A DNA stretch of 64,000 bases from contig JASTWF010000033.1 of assembly GCA_030390025.1 (NCBI GenBank), forward strand, positions 3,536,001 to 3,600,000. Direction: 5' to 3'. Each line of letters opens with the position of its first letter. Position 1 is the first letter of the stretch. Positions 38,356 through 51,700 of the stretch are shown here, in pieces. The notes below the pieces were generated by a model. That model searched no databases. It saw only the letters and a list, made by a program, of their open reading frames with translations, and had not been told where the DNA came from. The translations under genes were made by a program, and so were the position numbers. Origin of the DNA: Squalus acanthias. Its lineage: Eukaryota.

Positions 38356-40702
38356 GAGAAAAAAGCAGGAAATGAAACAGATAAAAAAGCAAGGGGGAAG
38401 CTGGGGGGAGGAATAAAAGAACAAAAGGTGTGGTCTATGGTAAGTAGATACATCCCCTCTGACCTTCCCCCCTCTGACCCCGATCGATGAGTCCTCAGCA
38501 AAGGCCTGAGCTTCATCCCCTTACGCCCCCACATCAATGAATGTCGAGCTCGGCACGATGCTGAGCTCTTTTTCCGCCGCCTTCGTCTCCGTGCCCACTT
38601 CTTTGGCCAGGAGTGTTCCCCCGCACGGCTGACCCTTTCTCCCGCTTTCAGAATTCCCGTTCTACCTGGACCCCTCCCTCTGGCCTCTTACTATCTCTAG
38701 ATCTTTTCATTGCTAACTGCCGCCGTGACATCGGCCATCCCATTATCCCTGCTCCCCTCACTCACTCCAACCTACCTCCCTCTGAACTTGCAGCACTCCA
38801 TTCTCTCCGATCCAACCCCGACATTGTCATTAAACCTGCTGACAAGGGTGGTGCTGTTGTTGTTTGGCGAACCGACCTCTACCTAGCAGAAGCTGAACGC
38901 CAACTCTCCGACACCTCCTCCTACCTCCACCTGGACAATGACCCCACTATCGAACATCAAGCCACCGTTTCCAAGACTGTCACTGACCTCATCTCCTCTG
39001 GGGAACTTCCCCCCATGTCCGCCAACCTCATAGTTCCCCAACCCCGCACAGCCCGCTTCTTCCTCCTTCCCAAGATCCACAAACAGGACTGCCCTGGTAG
39101 ACCCATCTTTTCAGCTGTTCTTGCTCCACGGAACTTATCTCTTCCTATCTCGACTCTATTTTTTCTCCCCTTGTCCAGTCTCTTCCCACCTACATCCGCA
39201 ATTCCTCTGACGCCCTCCGCCATTTTAACAGTTTCCAGTTTCCTGGCCCCAACCGCCTCCTTTTCACTCTACACCACCATCCCCCACCAGGATGGCCTGA
39301 GGGCGCTCCGCTTCTTCCTTGAAAAAAGGCAGAACCAGTCCTCATCCACCGCCACCCTCCTCCGCCTGGCTGAACTTGTTCTCACATTGAACAACTTCTC
39401 CTTTGATCCACTCATTTCCTCCAAATTAAAGGTGTTGCTATGGGTACCCGCATGGGTCCTAGCTATGCCTACCTTTTCTTGGATATGTGGAACATTCTTT
39501 GTTCCAGTCCTACTCAGGTCCCCTCCCTCACCTCTTTTTCCGGTGCATTGATGACTGTATCGGTGCTGGTTCCTGCTCTCGCCCTGAACTAGAAAATGTC
39601 ATTCACTTTGCTTCCACTTTCCACCCTTCCCTCACCTTCACATGGCCCATCTCTGACTCTTCCCTTCCCTTCCCTTCCTCAACTTCTCTGTCTCCATTTC
39701 TGGCGATCGGCTATCGACAAACATCCAATACAAGCCCACTGACTCTCACAGCTACCTGGACTATACTTCCTCCCATCCCGCTTCCTGTAAGGACTCTATT
39801 CCATTCTCCCAGTTTCTCTGTCTCCGCCGCATCTGCTCTGACGATGCAATGTTCCATACCAGTGCTTCCGACATGTCTTCCTTTTCCCTCAACCGAGGAT
39901 TCCCCTCTACTGCAGTTGGCATGGCCCTTTACCGTGTCTGTTCCATTTCCCGCATTTCTGCTGTCTCCCTTTCTCTTCCTCCCGGAACCACGATAGGGTT
40001 CCCCTTGTCCTCACCTTCCACCCCACCAGCCTCCACATTCAACGGATCATCCTCCGCCTTTTCCGCCACCTCCAGCGTGATCCCACCACCAAGCACATCT
40101 TCCCCTCACCTCCCCTTTCAGCATTCCGAAGGTGACCGCTCCCTCCGTGACACCCTGGTCCACTCCTCTATCACCCCCAACACCGCTTCCCCTTCGCCCA
40201 GCACCTTCCTGTGCAAGCGCAAGAGATGCAACACAAGCCCTTTTACCTTCACCCTTCCCACTGTCCAGGGCCCCAAACTCTCCTTCCAGGTGAAACAGCG
40301 ATTTACTTGTACTTCTTGCAATTTAGTATACTGTATTCGCTGCTCACGATGTGGTCTCCTCTACATTGGGAGACCAAACGCAGATTTTGTGCCCGCTTTG
40401 CGGAACACCTCCGTTCAGTCAGTAAGTGTAACCCCGAGCTTCCGGTCGCCTGTCCCTTTAATTCTCTGCTCCACTCCCACTCTGACCTCTCCATCCTCGG
40501 CTTCATACACTGTTCCAATGAAGCTCAACGTAAGCTCGAGGAACAGCACCTCATCTTTCGATTAGGCACTTTACAGCCTTCTGGGCTCAACATAGAGTTC
40601 AACCATTTCAGACTATAACCCCTGCTCCTATTTTTTCAGGTGGCTGTTGTTGATGATTCTGCCATTCCCATTTGCAACATTTAATTTGTCCTGCCTTCAA
40701 TC

Positions 40703-41365
40703 ATAAGAACATAAGAAGATAAGAAATAGGAGCAGGTGTAGGCCATTCGGCCCATTGAGCCTGCTCCGCCATTCAATGAGATCATGGCTCCATTCACCAG
40801 CCATTCACCAGCCCTATCGGCATATCCCTTGATGCCCTTACTCGTCAGAAATCTAGCGGCTTCTGTTTTGAATATACCCAATGACTGAGCCTCCACAGCC
40901 CTCTGGGGTAGAGAATTCCAAAGATTCACCACCCTCTGTGTGAAGAAATGTCTTGTCATCTCAGTCCTGAATGGCCGACCCTTTATCCTGAGGCTGTGGC
41001 CCCTGGTTCTAGACTCCCCAGCCAAGGGAAACATTCATCCAGCATTCACCCTATGAAGCCCTGTAATAATTTTGTATGCTTCAATGAGATCACCTCTCAT
41101 TCTTCTGAATTCAAGAGAATACAGGCCGAGTCTACTCAATCTCTTCTCATACGACAGTCCCACCATCCCAGGAATCAATCTCGTGAACCTTCGTTGCACT
41201 CCCTCTATGGCAAGTATATCCTTCCCTATGTAAGGAGAGCACAATAGTACACAGTGCTCCAGGTGTGGTCTCACCAAGGCCCTATATAATTGGAGTAAGG
41301 CTTCTTTACTCCTGTACTCAAATCCTCTTGTAATGAAGGCCAGCATACCATTTGCCTTCCTAATC
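40703..41365 (-). mobile_element. CR1 3' fragment nested in the Penelope 3' region
   Basis: ORFs 40681-41034 and 41035-41409 (RPHLEHCV, WNSLPQ) plus the tail. Confidence 0.9.
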
Positions 41366-42164
41366 CTAGCACAGACTGTCCCTTTAGTTCCTTCCTCCCC
41401 TCCACCCACTTTCCCAGCCTCTGCACCTGCTTAAAACCGGATACTTTTACCAGTTCTGATGAAGGGTCACAGAACTGAAACTTTAACTCTGTTTCTCTCT
41501 CCACGGATGCTGCCTGGCCTGCTGAGTATTTCCAGCATTTTCTGTTGTTATTTCAGATTTCGAGCATCCGCAGTATTTTGTTCTTGTACTGGGGAGAGAT
41601 AACCAAACCGCCATCTTAGTAAGTTTAATCACTTTATACACTTTCTTATTTGAGCTCCGTTTGGAGTTAGAGTTTATTTTATTTTATTGCTCCATATTTA
41701 ACGACAGCATTGAAGATGGAAAGAGAAACTTAGATCAACTTCTTCTGTCAAAGCTGCAATGAGACTAGAAAGAATTTAAAGATATTTAATGAACTTTTCA
41801 CAAAAAGTGAACGTTAAAAACACTTTTTTCACCCTAAGTTTCTGGAACGATTTTGGAAGAAACATTAAGGGTAAATCAATGTTGCCCTCATCTAAACAAG
41901 TTTCAAGCAGATCTTGAAGCCCAAACACTTTAAGGAGCCTCTGAATTGCTTAAAACATTTTAAAACTTAAATTTCTCAATATTTGATTTTGAACGATCGA
42001 TTGAAGTGAGTAGCTGCACACAAAGATTCAATCATGCTGTTGAGGAGGGGGAGGGCAGGGGAGGATTGGAGGATTTACTTATTACATTTTATTGACTTTT
42101 TAGAATATCATTAAAACGTTTAGGAAGAGAACCAAAAAAGAGGAAAACACAAACCGTTTTATTT

Positions 42165-42585
42165 TACATAATTTGAAAACAGAAAATGCTGGAAATTCTC
42201 AGCAGGTCAGGCTGCATATGTGGGGTGAGAGAGAAAAAAACATATCTAACGGTTCAGGTCTGTGACCTGTCGTCAGAACTGGAAAATGTTAGAGTTGTAA
42301 CATATTTTAACCAGGTGCAGAGGCAGGGAAAGGCGGGAGGGGAGGAAGGAACACAAGGGATGGTCTGTGATATGGTGGAAGGCAGGAGTGGTTAAATCCG
42401 CCCTCTGCACCTGGGTAAAATCTGTTACATCTCTAACTTTTTCCAGTTCGGACGAAAGATTACAGACCTGAAACGTTAACTCTGTTTCTCTCTCGCTCTC
42501 CACAGATGCTGCCTGACCTGCTGAGTATTTCCAGCATTTTCTTTTTATATTTCAGATTCCAGCATCCGCTGTATTTTGCTATTGT
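42165..42585. mobile_element. Inverted pair of Penelope pLTRs with no ORF
   Basis: 42165-42325 is the reverse complement of about 42400-42555; each half has a mutated hammerhead core. Confidence 0.8.
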
Positions 42586-43654
42586 GACCGATTTTTTTTT
42601 GTCTGTCGTTCTAGTCTGAACAAGTCCCAGGAATAACGTAACTATAGATTTCTTCTTAAATGTTTAGTGGAGCGTTAATAGAAACAAGAACTCTGTACTG
42701 ATGTATGAAAAATGAAGGAAGCTACTTTAGAAGAAACCATTATTTGTTTATTGAGAAAGACACACAAAATACTTTGATTAAACTGATAATGTACAATTTC
42801 GATTTGGTATAAATGTTCGAATTAGGAGATTGAAAATTGAGAGCAAAATGAAGTTTATTTCCTGCTGTTTAATTGGGAAGTACCTAAAATAATTCAACAC
42901 TTTTCGTGACAAGAGCAGGGATTAATATTGTGGAGAATGTTTGAGAGAAAATATATTGGAAGCGAAATTTGTAAATTAACATCTTTACATCAACATATTA
43001 GTAAACATTTCCAAGTCAGTCTGATTGGTTCTCTTGTCCAGGAAGAATGATGAATATTTATTTGTGCCAAATCGTAGTTTTTCCTGCTTTTTGATTTAAT
43101 TCAGTGACGGAAATTGTGTGTGCGTTTTTCTGCATTTGTGAATAAGTGCTGCATTTCTGACATGTTACATGGAGGGTGTTCTGGTTCAATAAGACCACGG
43201 TTATTAATGGAAGTGATTGAAGTTAGAAATACGGATACCCGTTTTTGTTCAATTCTTTTTAATACTGTGAACTAAAGAACTACAGCACTTTATATTTGTT
43301 GGTTGTCTGGTTGCATTGTGATTAATATTCCGATTACATATCTGGACGTACAGCACGTCAGCGCCACAGGAAAGCCGCTGCTCCTGCTGCTTGTGCTGCC
43401 ATTGCTATAGTGACATGAGGGATTTGCTAATACGTTGAAAACCTTAAAATTAATACAAATTGCACGAATAGATCTGCCTCATTCAGCTCAACTTGGGCTT
43501 TTGGATTATTTGTCGATGTGTAACTGAGTGACGTTTCTGAAGTGTTAATTTATTATTCTGCAGTTCTTTTATATCCTATTCATTTCTGACAAGAATTTAT
43601 TTAAATAGAGTTTGTACATGACGAACTAAAACCTTTTAATTAATTCTACCGTAA

Positions 43655-43935
43655 TCAAACTTGCAGAATGGGCTGTAAATGACAAATGAATTTCAATATG
43701 GGTACGTGTGAGGTGGTGCATTTTGTTGGCAGGAAAAAGGACCCCAGCTACTCCTTGGAACATAAGAGTCTAAATGGGGTAGAGGTGCAAAGGGATCTCG
43801 GGGTACAGATTCATGAATCATCAGAAGTAGCAACGCAGGTTAAAATGCCATAAAAGTGGAAATAAAGCTCGGGTTAATTTCTAGAGGAATAGATTTCAAA
43901 AGAAGGGAAGTTATGTTAAACTTGCAGAATCTTGT
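43655..43935 (+). mobile_element. Old CR1 ORF2 fragment
   Basis: Degenerate LAEWA...CEVVHF...QRDLGV coding text. Confidence 0.7.
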
Positions 43936-43982
43936 CTGATTTTCCATTGATTTGAGATGGTGGGGTGACAATACCTCATTAC

Positions 43983-45797
43983 TGTAGGCATGATTTTAAC
44001 GGGTTGTTGTTGCTGTCGCTGTTGTAAAAGTTGCTTTTCTAAAAGTTGTTCTAAAATTTGTTGTTGTAAAATTTGCCCACGGACGAAAAGGTCGCTCAAA
44101 GGAGTTCATGGACGCTCAGTGCAAAAAAATTCGAGGCAACATTGGTGGGGAGGAGCTGTAAAATTCGCAAATTACCACGATTCGAAATAACGAGAAAGAG
44201 AGATACAGTTTCGTCTAAGTAGTCTTATTTCAGCAAAATGCTGTCATGTTTCAAAACGGACACAAGAAGCCTGTAAAATGGCCGCCGCACCTCGTGGCAG
44301 AAGTTTCTAGACTTTTCAGTAGGCAGACAAGATGGCGATCGAATAAACATTTCAGCAAACATCGGTAAAGACAGGACGCGTCCGATCTGCATTCGACACA
44401 ATAGCAAGAGACATAAGTGCTGGAATCGGTTTTCCATGCACAAGTAAGGGCTATTGTATTGGGCGATCAGAGGCCCATCCAAAAGGCATCAATACGCAAA
44501 TTCCCCGCGGCTCTACAATGAGAGAGCTATTCTCGGGTGCTTACACAAATATTTCGGAGGCCCCCAAAAACCCCGCCAGGGAGGCTCCTAGCCGGTTCCA
44601 CAATGGGAGAAACATTAACGGGTAGTTGGCCAGTTACAAGTATCACCGAAACCCATTACAGACAGAATCACCCCATACTGAGAAGTTTGAGCGCCAAGTT
44701 TTACAAAAGATGAACATTAAGATTGGGCGGGAGATAAGGGAACCGAGCACTATAACTATAGACAACGAACGTCCATCGGTCTCTTGACTCTTTCTCCCTT
44801 GCTGTCCACCGGGCTCTTGTTCCGCTGATCCTTTTGGGGTCGACCTCGTGGCGTGCTGCGAACTGCTGAAGCTCTGTGAAGAGCTGGACTTCGAAGGCCA
44901 GTAAGCGGGTGCACCATCCCGAAGGTCGGTAAACGGTGCCTGGATCCGAAGGCCCGAGGAGACGAGATGAGATGAGATGAGAAGAGAAGACGAAGACTAC
45001 ACGTGCCGCCGCGGTCAGTAAACCCCGACCGCGCCCGAAAATATATAGACCATTTTTGAACTCTATAGGTTACTCCACGAACGGGCACAAGAAAACTTTC
45101 CTTCGAGTTCTACCGACAACCGGTGTCGGGTACAGGAAGACTCTCTTTGAGTTTTATCGAACCCGTCGTCGACACAGGAAGACTCTTCTTCGAATTTTAC
45201 AAGGTGTCCGAGGTCAACACAGATCTTCATGACAGCAGACGGTCTAGCCTGCTAGCCGGAGCAGAACAAATAAACAAGTGGGGTACGGAGACCCCTGGTC
45301 AACACGTGAACAGTCAGGTGCTGCAGCGAAAACAGCCGAGCACCGTTTTAGAATTCTCCGAGGTATCACGAGTGGTGAGCATGTTTCTCGATCCTACAGA
45401 TCTAGATTAGTGTAGGTATTGATAGGGGAGGGTGCTTTTATTAAGGATAATTATAATGTGTGTCCCCTTTTACGATGTGTCGTGCACTCCTCGTTTCCAT
45501 AAACCTAGCTTTATAAATGTATGTAAGCTTGTACTGTCATTAATCTGTGCTTATGACATGTATATCGTAATCTTGAACAATATGCAATAAAGATTTCCAT
45601 TTCGTACTATTCAACCGGGTCTACCTGAGTTTTCTCTGCATTACTGCTCTCGCACCTAAGTCCAGTGTCAGAAACGTAAGGGCGAGTGGGTCGAACCACT
45701 CACAGGTGTCTAGTGCTACAAGGCTGGCTGGAGACCAGAGCAAGCAATAAGGCCTAACCCCGCACAAGCACATAGAAGCAAGCGCGAACCCCTTACA
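43983..45797 (+). mobile_element. Large solo-LTR-like element, about 1.8 kb, CpG-rich
   Basis: TGTAGG...CCTTACA termini; AATAAA at 45586; shares taagtcca and the U5 hairpin with the other two large LTRs. No TSD is visible, so the left end is less certain. Confidence 0.65.
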
Positions 45798-48700
45798 GAG
45801 CTGAGGATATTAGGTGGGGAGGAGCTGATGATATTAGGTGGGGTGGGGAGGAGCTGAGGATATTAGGTGGGGTGGGGAGGAGCTGAGGATATTAGGTGGG
45901 GTGGGGTGGAGCTGAGGATATTAGGTGGGGTGGGGAGGAGCTGAGGATAATAGGAAGGGTGGGGAGGAGCAGAGGATATTAGGTGGAGTGGGGAGGAGCT
46001 GAGGATATTAGGTGGGGTGGGGAGGAGCTGAGGATATTAGGTGGGGTGTGGAGGAGCTGAAGATATTAGGTGGAGTGGAGAGGAGCTGAGGATATTAGGT
46101 GAGGTGTGGAGGTGCTGAGGATATTAGGTGAGGTGGGGAGGAGCTGAGGATATTAGGTGGGGTGGGGAGGAGCTGAGGATATTAGGTGGGGTGGGGAGGA
46201 TCTGAGTATATTAGGTGGGGTGGGGAGGAGCTGAGGATAATAGGTGGGGTGGGGTGGAGCTGAGGATATTAGGTGGGGTGTGGAGGAGCTGAAGATATTA
46301 GGTGGGGGGGTGCAGCTGAGGATATTAGGTGGGGTGGGGAGGAGCTGAGGATATAAGATGGGGTGGGAGGAGCTGAGGATATTAGGTGGGGTGGGGAGGA
46401 GCTGAGGATAATAGGTAGGGTGGGGAGGAGCTGAGGACATTAGTTGGGGTGGGGAGGAGCTGAGGATATTAGGTGGGGTGGGGAGGAGCTGAGGATATTA
46501 GGTGGTGTGGGGAGGAGCTGAGGATATTAGGTGGGGTGGGGAGGAGCTGAGGATAATAGGTAGGGTGGGGAGGAGCTGAGGACATTAGTTGGGGTGGGGA
46601 GGAGCTGAGGATATTAGGTGGGGTGGGGAGGAGCTGAGGATATTAGGTGGGGTGTGGAGGAGCTGAAGATATTAGGTGGAGTGGAGAGGAGCTGAGGATA
46701 TTAGGTGAGGTGGGGATGTGCTGAGGATATTAGGTGGGGAGGGGAGGAGCTGAGGATATTAGGTGGAGTGGGGAGGAGCTGAGGATATTAGGTGGGGTGG
46801 GGAGGAGCTGACCATATTAGGTGGGGTGGGGAGGATCTGAGTATATCAGGTGGGTTGGGAAGGAGCTGATGATATTAGGTGGGGTGGCGTGGAGCTGAGG
46901 ATATTAGGTGGGGTGTGGAGGAGCTGAAGATATTAGGTGGGGGGGTGCAGCTGAGGATATTAGGTGGGGTGGGGAGGAGCTGAGGATATTAGATGGGGTG
47001 GGAGGAGCTGAGGATATTAGGTGGGGAGGATCTGAAGATATTAGGTGTGGGGGAGCTGAAGATATTAGGTGGGGTGGGGAGGAACTGAGGATATTAGGTG
47101 GGGTGGGGTGGAGCTGAGGATATTAGGTGAGGTGGTGAGGAGCTGAGGATATTAGGTGAGGTGGGGAGGAGCTGAGGATATTAGGAGGGGTGGGGAGGAG
47201 CTGAGGATATTAGGTGGGGTGGGTAGGAGCTGAAGGATATTAGGTGGGGTGGGGAGGAGCTGAGGATAATAGGTAGGGTGGGGAGGAGCTGAGGATATTA
47301 GGTGGGGTGTGGAGGAGCTGAAGATATTAGGTTGAGTGGAGAGGAGCTGTGGATATTAGGTGAGGTGGGGATGTGCTGAGGATATTAGGTGGGGTGGGGA
47401 GGAGCTGAGGATATTAGGTGGGGTGGGGAGGAGCTGAGGATATTAGGTGTGGTGGGGAGGAGCTGACCATATTAGGTGGGGTGGGGAGGATCTGAGTATA
47501 TTAGGTGGGTTGGGGAGGAGCTGAGGATATTAGGTGGGGTGGGGTGGATCTGAGGATATTAGATGGGGGGGAGCTGAAGATATTAGGTGGGGTGGGGAGG
47601 AGCTGAGGATATTAGGTGGGGTGGGGAGGAGCTGAGGATATTAGGTGAGGTGGGGAGGAGCTGAGGATATTAGGTGGGGTGGGGAGGAGCTGACCATATT
47701 AGGTGGGGTGGGGAGGATCTGAGTATATTAGGTGGGGTGGGGAGGAGCTGAGGATATTAGGTGTGGTGGGGAGGAACTGAGGGTATTAGATGAGGTGGGA
47801 GGAGCTGAGGATATTGGGTGGGGTGGGGTGGAGCTGAGGCTATTAGGTGGGGTGGGGAGGAGCTGAGGATATTAGGTGGGGTTGGGAGGAGCTGAGGATA
47901 TTAGGTGGGGTGGGGAGGAGCTGAGGTTATTAGGTGGGCTGGGGAGGAGCTGGGGATATTAGGTGGGGTGGGGAGGAGCTGAGGATATTAGATGGGTTCA
48001 GGAGGAGCTGAGGACATTAGGTGGGGTGGGGAGGAGCTGAGGATATTAGATGGGTTCAGGAGGAGCTGAGGATATTAGGTGGGGTGTGGAGGAGCTGAAG
48101 ATATTAGGTGGAGTGGAGAGGAGCTGAGGATATTAGGTGAGGTGTGGAGGTGCTGAGGATATTAGGTGAGGAGGGGAGGAGGGGAGGAGCTGAGGATATT
48201 AGGTGGGGTGGAGAGGAGCTGAGGATATTAGGTGGGGTGGGGAGGATCTGAGTATATTAGGTGGGGTGGGGAGGAGCTGAGGATAATAGGTGGGGTGGGG
48301 TGGAGCTGAGTATATTAGGTGGGGTGTGGAGGAGCTGAAGATATTAGGTGGGGGGGTGCAGCTGAGGATATTAGGTGGGGTGGGGAGGAGCTGAGGATAT
48401 TAGATGTGGTGGGAGGAGCTGAGGATATTAGGTGGGGAGGATCTGAAGATATTAGGTGTGGGGGAGCTGAAGATATTAGGTGGGGTGGGGAGGAGCTGAG
48501 GATATTAGGTGGGGTGGGGTGGAGCTGAGGATATTAGGTGAGGTGGTGAGGAGCTGAGGATATTAGGTGAGGTGGGGAGGAGCTGAGGATATTAGGAGGG
48601 GTGGGGAGGAGCTGAGGATATTAGGTGGGGTGGGTAGGAGCTGAGGATATTAGGTGGGGTGGGGATGAGCTGAGGATAATAGGTAGGGTGGGGAGGAGCT

Positions 48701-51700
48701 GAGGATATTAGTTGGGCTGGGGAGGAGCTGAGGATATTAGATGGGGTGGGGAGGAGCTGAGGATATTAGGTGGGGTGTGGAGGAGCTGAAGATATTAGGT
48801 GGAGTGGAGAGGAGCTGTGGATATTAGGTGAGGTGGGGATGTGCTGAGGATATTAGGTGGGGTGGGGAGGAGCTGAGGATATTAGGTGGGGTGGGGAGGA
48901 GCTGAGGATATTAGGTGGGGTGGGGAGGAGCTGACCATATTAGGTGGGGTGGGGAGGATCTGAGTATATCAGGTGGGTTGGGAAGGAGCTGATGATATTA
49001 GGTGGGGTGGCGTGGAGCTGAGGATATTAGGTGGGGTGTGGAGGAGCTGAAGATATTAGGTGGGGGGGTGCAGCTGAGGATATTAGGTGGGGTGGGGAGG
49101 AGCTGAGGATATTAGATGGGGTGGGAGGAGCTGAGGATATTAGGTGGGGAGGATCTGAAGATATTAGGTGTGGGGGAGCTGAAGATATTAGGTGGGGTGG
49201 GGAGGAACTGAGGATATTAGGTGGGGTGGGGTGGAGCTGAGGATATTAGGTGAGGTGGTGAGGAGCTGAGGATATTAGGTGAGGTGGGGAGGAGCTGAGG
49301 ATATTAGGAGGGGTGGGGAGGAGCTGAGGATATTAGGTGGGGTGGGTAGGAGCTGAAGGATATTAGGTGGGGTGGGGAGGAGCTGAGGATAATAGGTAGG
49401 GTGGGGAGGAGCTGAGGATATTAGGTGGGGTGTGGAGGAGCTGAAGATATTAGGTTGAGTGGAGAGGAGCTGTGGATATTAGGTGAGGTGGGGATGTGCT
49501 GAGGATATTAGGTGGGGTGGGGAGGAGCTGAGGATATTAGGTGGGGTGGGGAGGAGCTGAGGATATTAGGTGTGGTGGGGAGGAGCTGACCATATTAGGT
49601 GGGGTGGGGAGGATCTGAGTATATTAGGTGGGTTGGGGAGGAGCTGAGGATATTAGGTGGGGTGGGGTGGATCTGAGGATATTAGATGGGGAGTAGCTGA
49701 AGATATTAGGTGGGGTGGGGAGGAGCTGAGGATATTAGGTGGGGTGGGGAGGAGCTGAGGATATTAGGTGAGGTGGGGAGGAGCTGAGGATATTAGGTGG
49801 GGTGGGGAGGAGCTGACCATATTAGGTGGGGTGGGGAGGATCTGAGTATATTAGGTGGGGTGGGGAGGAGCTGAGGATATTAGGTGTGGTGGGGAGGAAC
49901 TGAGGGTATTAGATGAGGTGGGAGGAGCTGAGGATATTGGGTGAGGTGGGGTGGAGCTGAGGCTATTAGGTGGGGTGGGGAGGAGCTGAGGATATTAGGT
50001 GGGGTTGGGAGGAGCTGAGGATATTAGTTGGGGTGGGGAGGAGCTGAGGTTATTAGGTGGGCTGGGGAGGAGCTGGGGATATTAGGTGGGATGGGGAGGA
50101 GCTGAGGATATTAGATGGGTTCAGGAGGAGCTGAGGACATTAGGTGGGGTGGGGAGGAGCTGAGGATATTAGATGGGTTCAGGAGGAGCTGAGGACATTA
50201 GGTGGGGTGGGGGAGGAGCTGATGATATTAGGTGGGGTGGGGAGAAGCTGAGGATATTAGGTGGGGTGGGGAGGAGCTGAGGATATTACATGTGGTGGGG
50301 AGGAGCTGACGATATTCGGTGGGGTGGGAGGAGCTGAGGATATTAGGTGGGGTGGGAGGAGCTGAGGATATAAGTTGGGGTGGGGAGGAACTAAGGATAA
50401 TAGGTGGGGTGTGGTGGAGCTGAGGTTATTAGGTGGGGTGGGGAGGTGCTGAGGATATTAGGTGGGGTGGGGAGGAGCTGAGGATATTAGGTGGGTTCAG
50501 GAGGAGCTGAGGTTTTTAGGTGGTGTTGTGGAGGAGCTGAGGATATTAGCTGGGGTGGGGAGGAGCTGAGGATCTTAGTTGAGTTCAGGAGGAGCTGAGG
50601 ATATTAGGTGGGTTCAGGAGGAGCTGAGGATATTAGGTGGGGTGGAGAGAGCCTGAGGATATTAGGTGGGGAGGAGCTGAGGATATTAGGTAAGTGTGGG
50701 TAGGAGCTGAGGATATTAGGTGAGGTGGATAGGAGCGGAGTATATTAGGTGGGGTGGGAAGGAGCTGAGGATATTAGGTGGGGTGGGGAGGAGCTGAGGA
50801 TATTAGGTGAGGTGGGGAGGAGCTGAAGATATTCGGAGGGGTGGGGAGGATCTGAGGATATTAGGTGGGGTGTGGAGGAGCTGAGGATATTAGGTGGGGT
50901 GGTGAGGAGCTGAGGTTATTAGGTGGGGTGTGAAGGGGCTGAGGATATTAGGTGGTGTGGGGAGGAGCTGAGGATATTAGGTGGGGTGGGGAGGAGCTGA
51001 GGATATTAGTTGGGGTGGGGAGGAGCTGAGGATATTAGGTGGGGTGGGGAGGAGCTGAGGATATTAGGTAGGTTCAGTAGGAGCTGAGGATATTAGCTGG
51101 GGTGGGGAGAAGCTGAGGATATTAGGTATGCTGGGGAGGGGCTGAGGATATTAGGTGAGGTGCGGTGGAGCTGAGAATATTAGGTGGGGTGGGGAGGAGC
51201 TGCGGATATTAGAAAGGTTGGGTAGGAGCTGAGGATATTAGGTGGGGTGGGGAGGAGCTGAGGATATTAGGTGGAGTGGGGAGGAGCTGAGCATATTAGG
51301 TGGGGTGGGGAGGAGCTGCGAATATTAGGTGGGGAGGAGCTGATGATATTAGGTGGGGTGGGGAGAAGCTGATATTAGGTGGGGTGGGGAGGAGCTGAGG
51401 ATATTAGGTGGGGTGGGAAGGAGCTGAGGATATTAGGTGGGGATTGGAGGAGCTGAGGATACTCGGCGGGGTGAGGAGGATCTGACGATATTAGATTAGG
51501 TGGGGAGGAGCTGAGGATATTAGGTGGGTAAAGGAGGAGTTGAGGCTATTAGGTGGGGTGGGGAGGAGCTGAGAAAATTAGTTGGGGTGGGGAGGAGCTG
51601 AGGATATTAGGTGGGGTGGGGAGGAGCTGAGGATATTAGGTGGGGTGGGGAGGAGCTGAGGGTATTAGGTGAGGTGGGGAGGAGCTGAGGATATTAGGTG

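Larger units (their letters stand above)
38222..41590 (+). mobile_element. Penelope-like element, decayed: inverted 5' pLTR, RT, GIY-YIG endonuclease, 3' pLTR
   Basis: RT motifs IKPADKGGAVVV, LLPKIHK, SLYTTIP and FFRCIDD. GIY-YIG reads NLVYCIRCSRCGLLYIG...RFAEHL...GLN. The repeat at 38222-38440 is inverted relative to 41366-41590. Confidence 0.93.

Noticed and set aside
41590..43650. AT-rich unique region, including an RFX-like motif near 43400
   Set aside because: No ORF or supporting context; a single degenerate motif is expected by chance.
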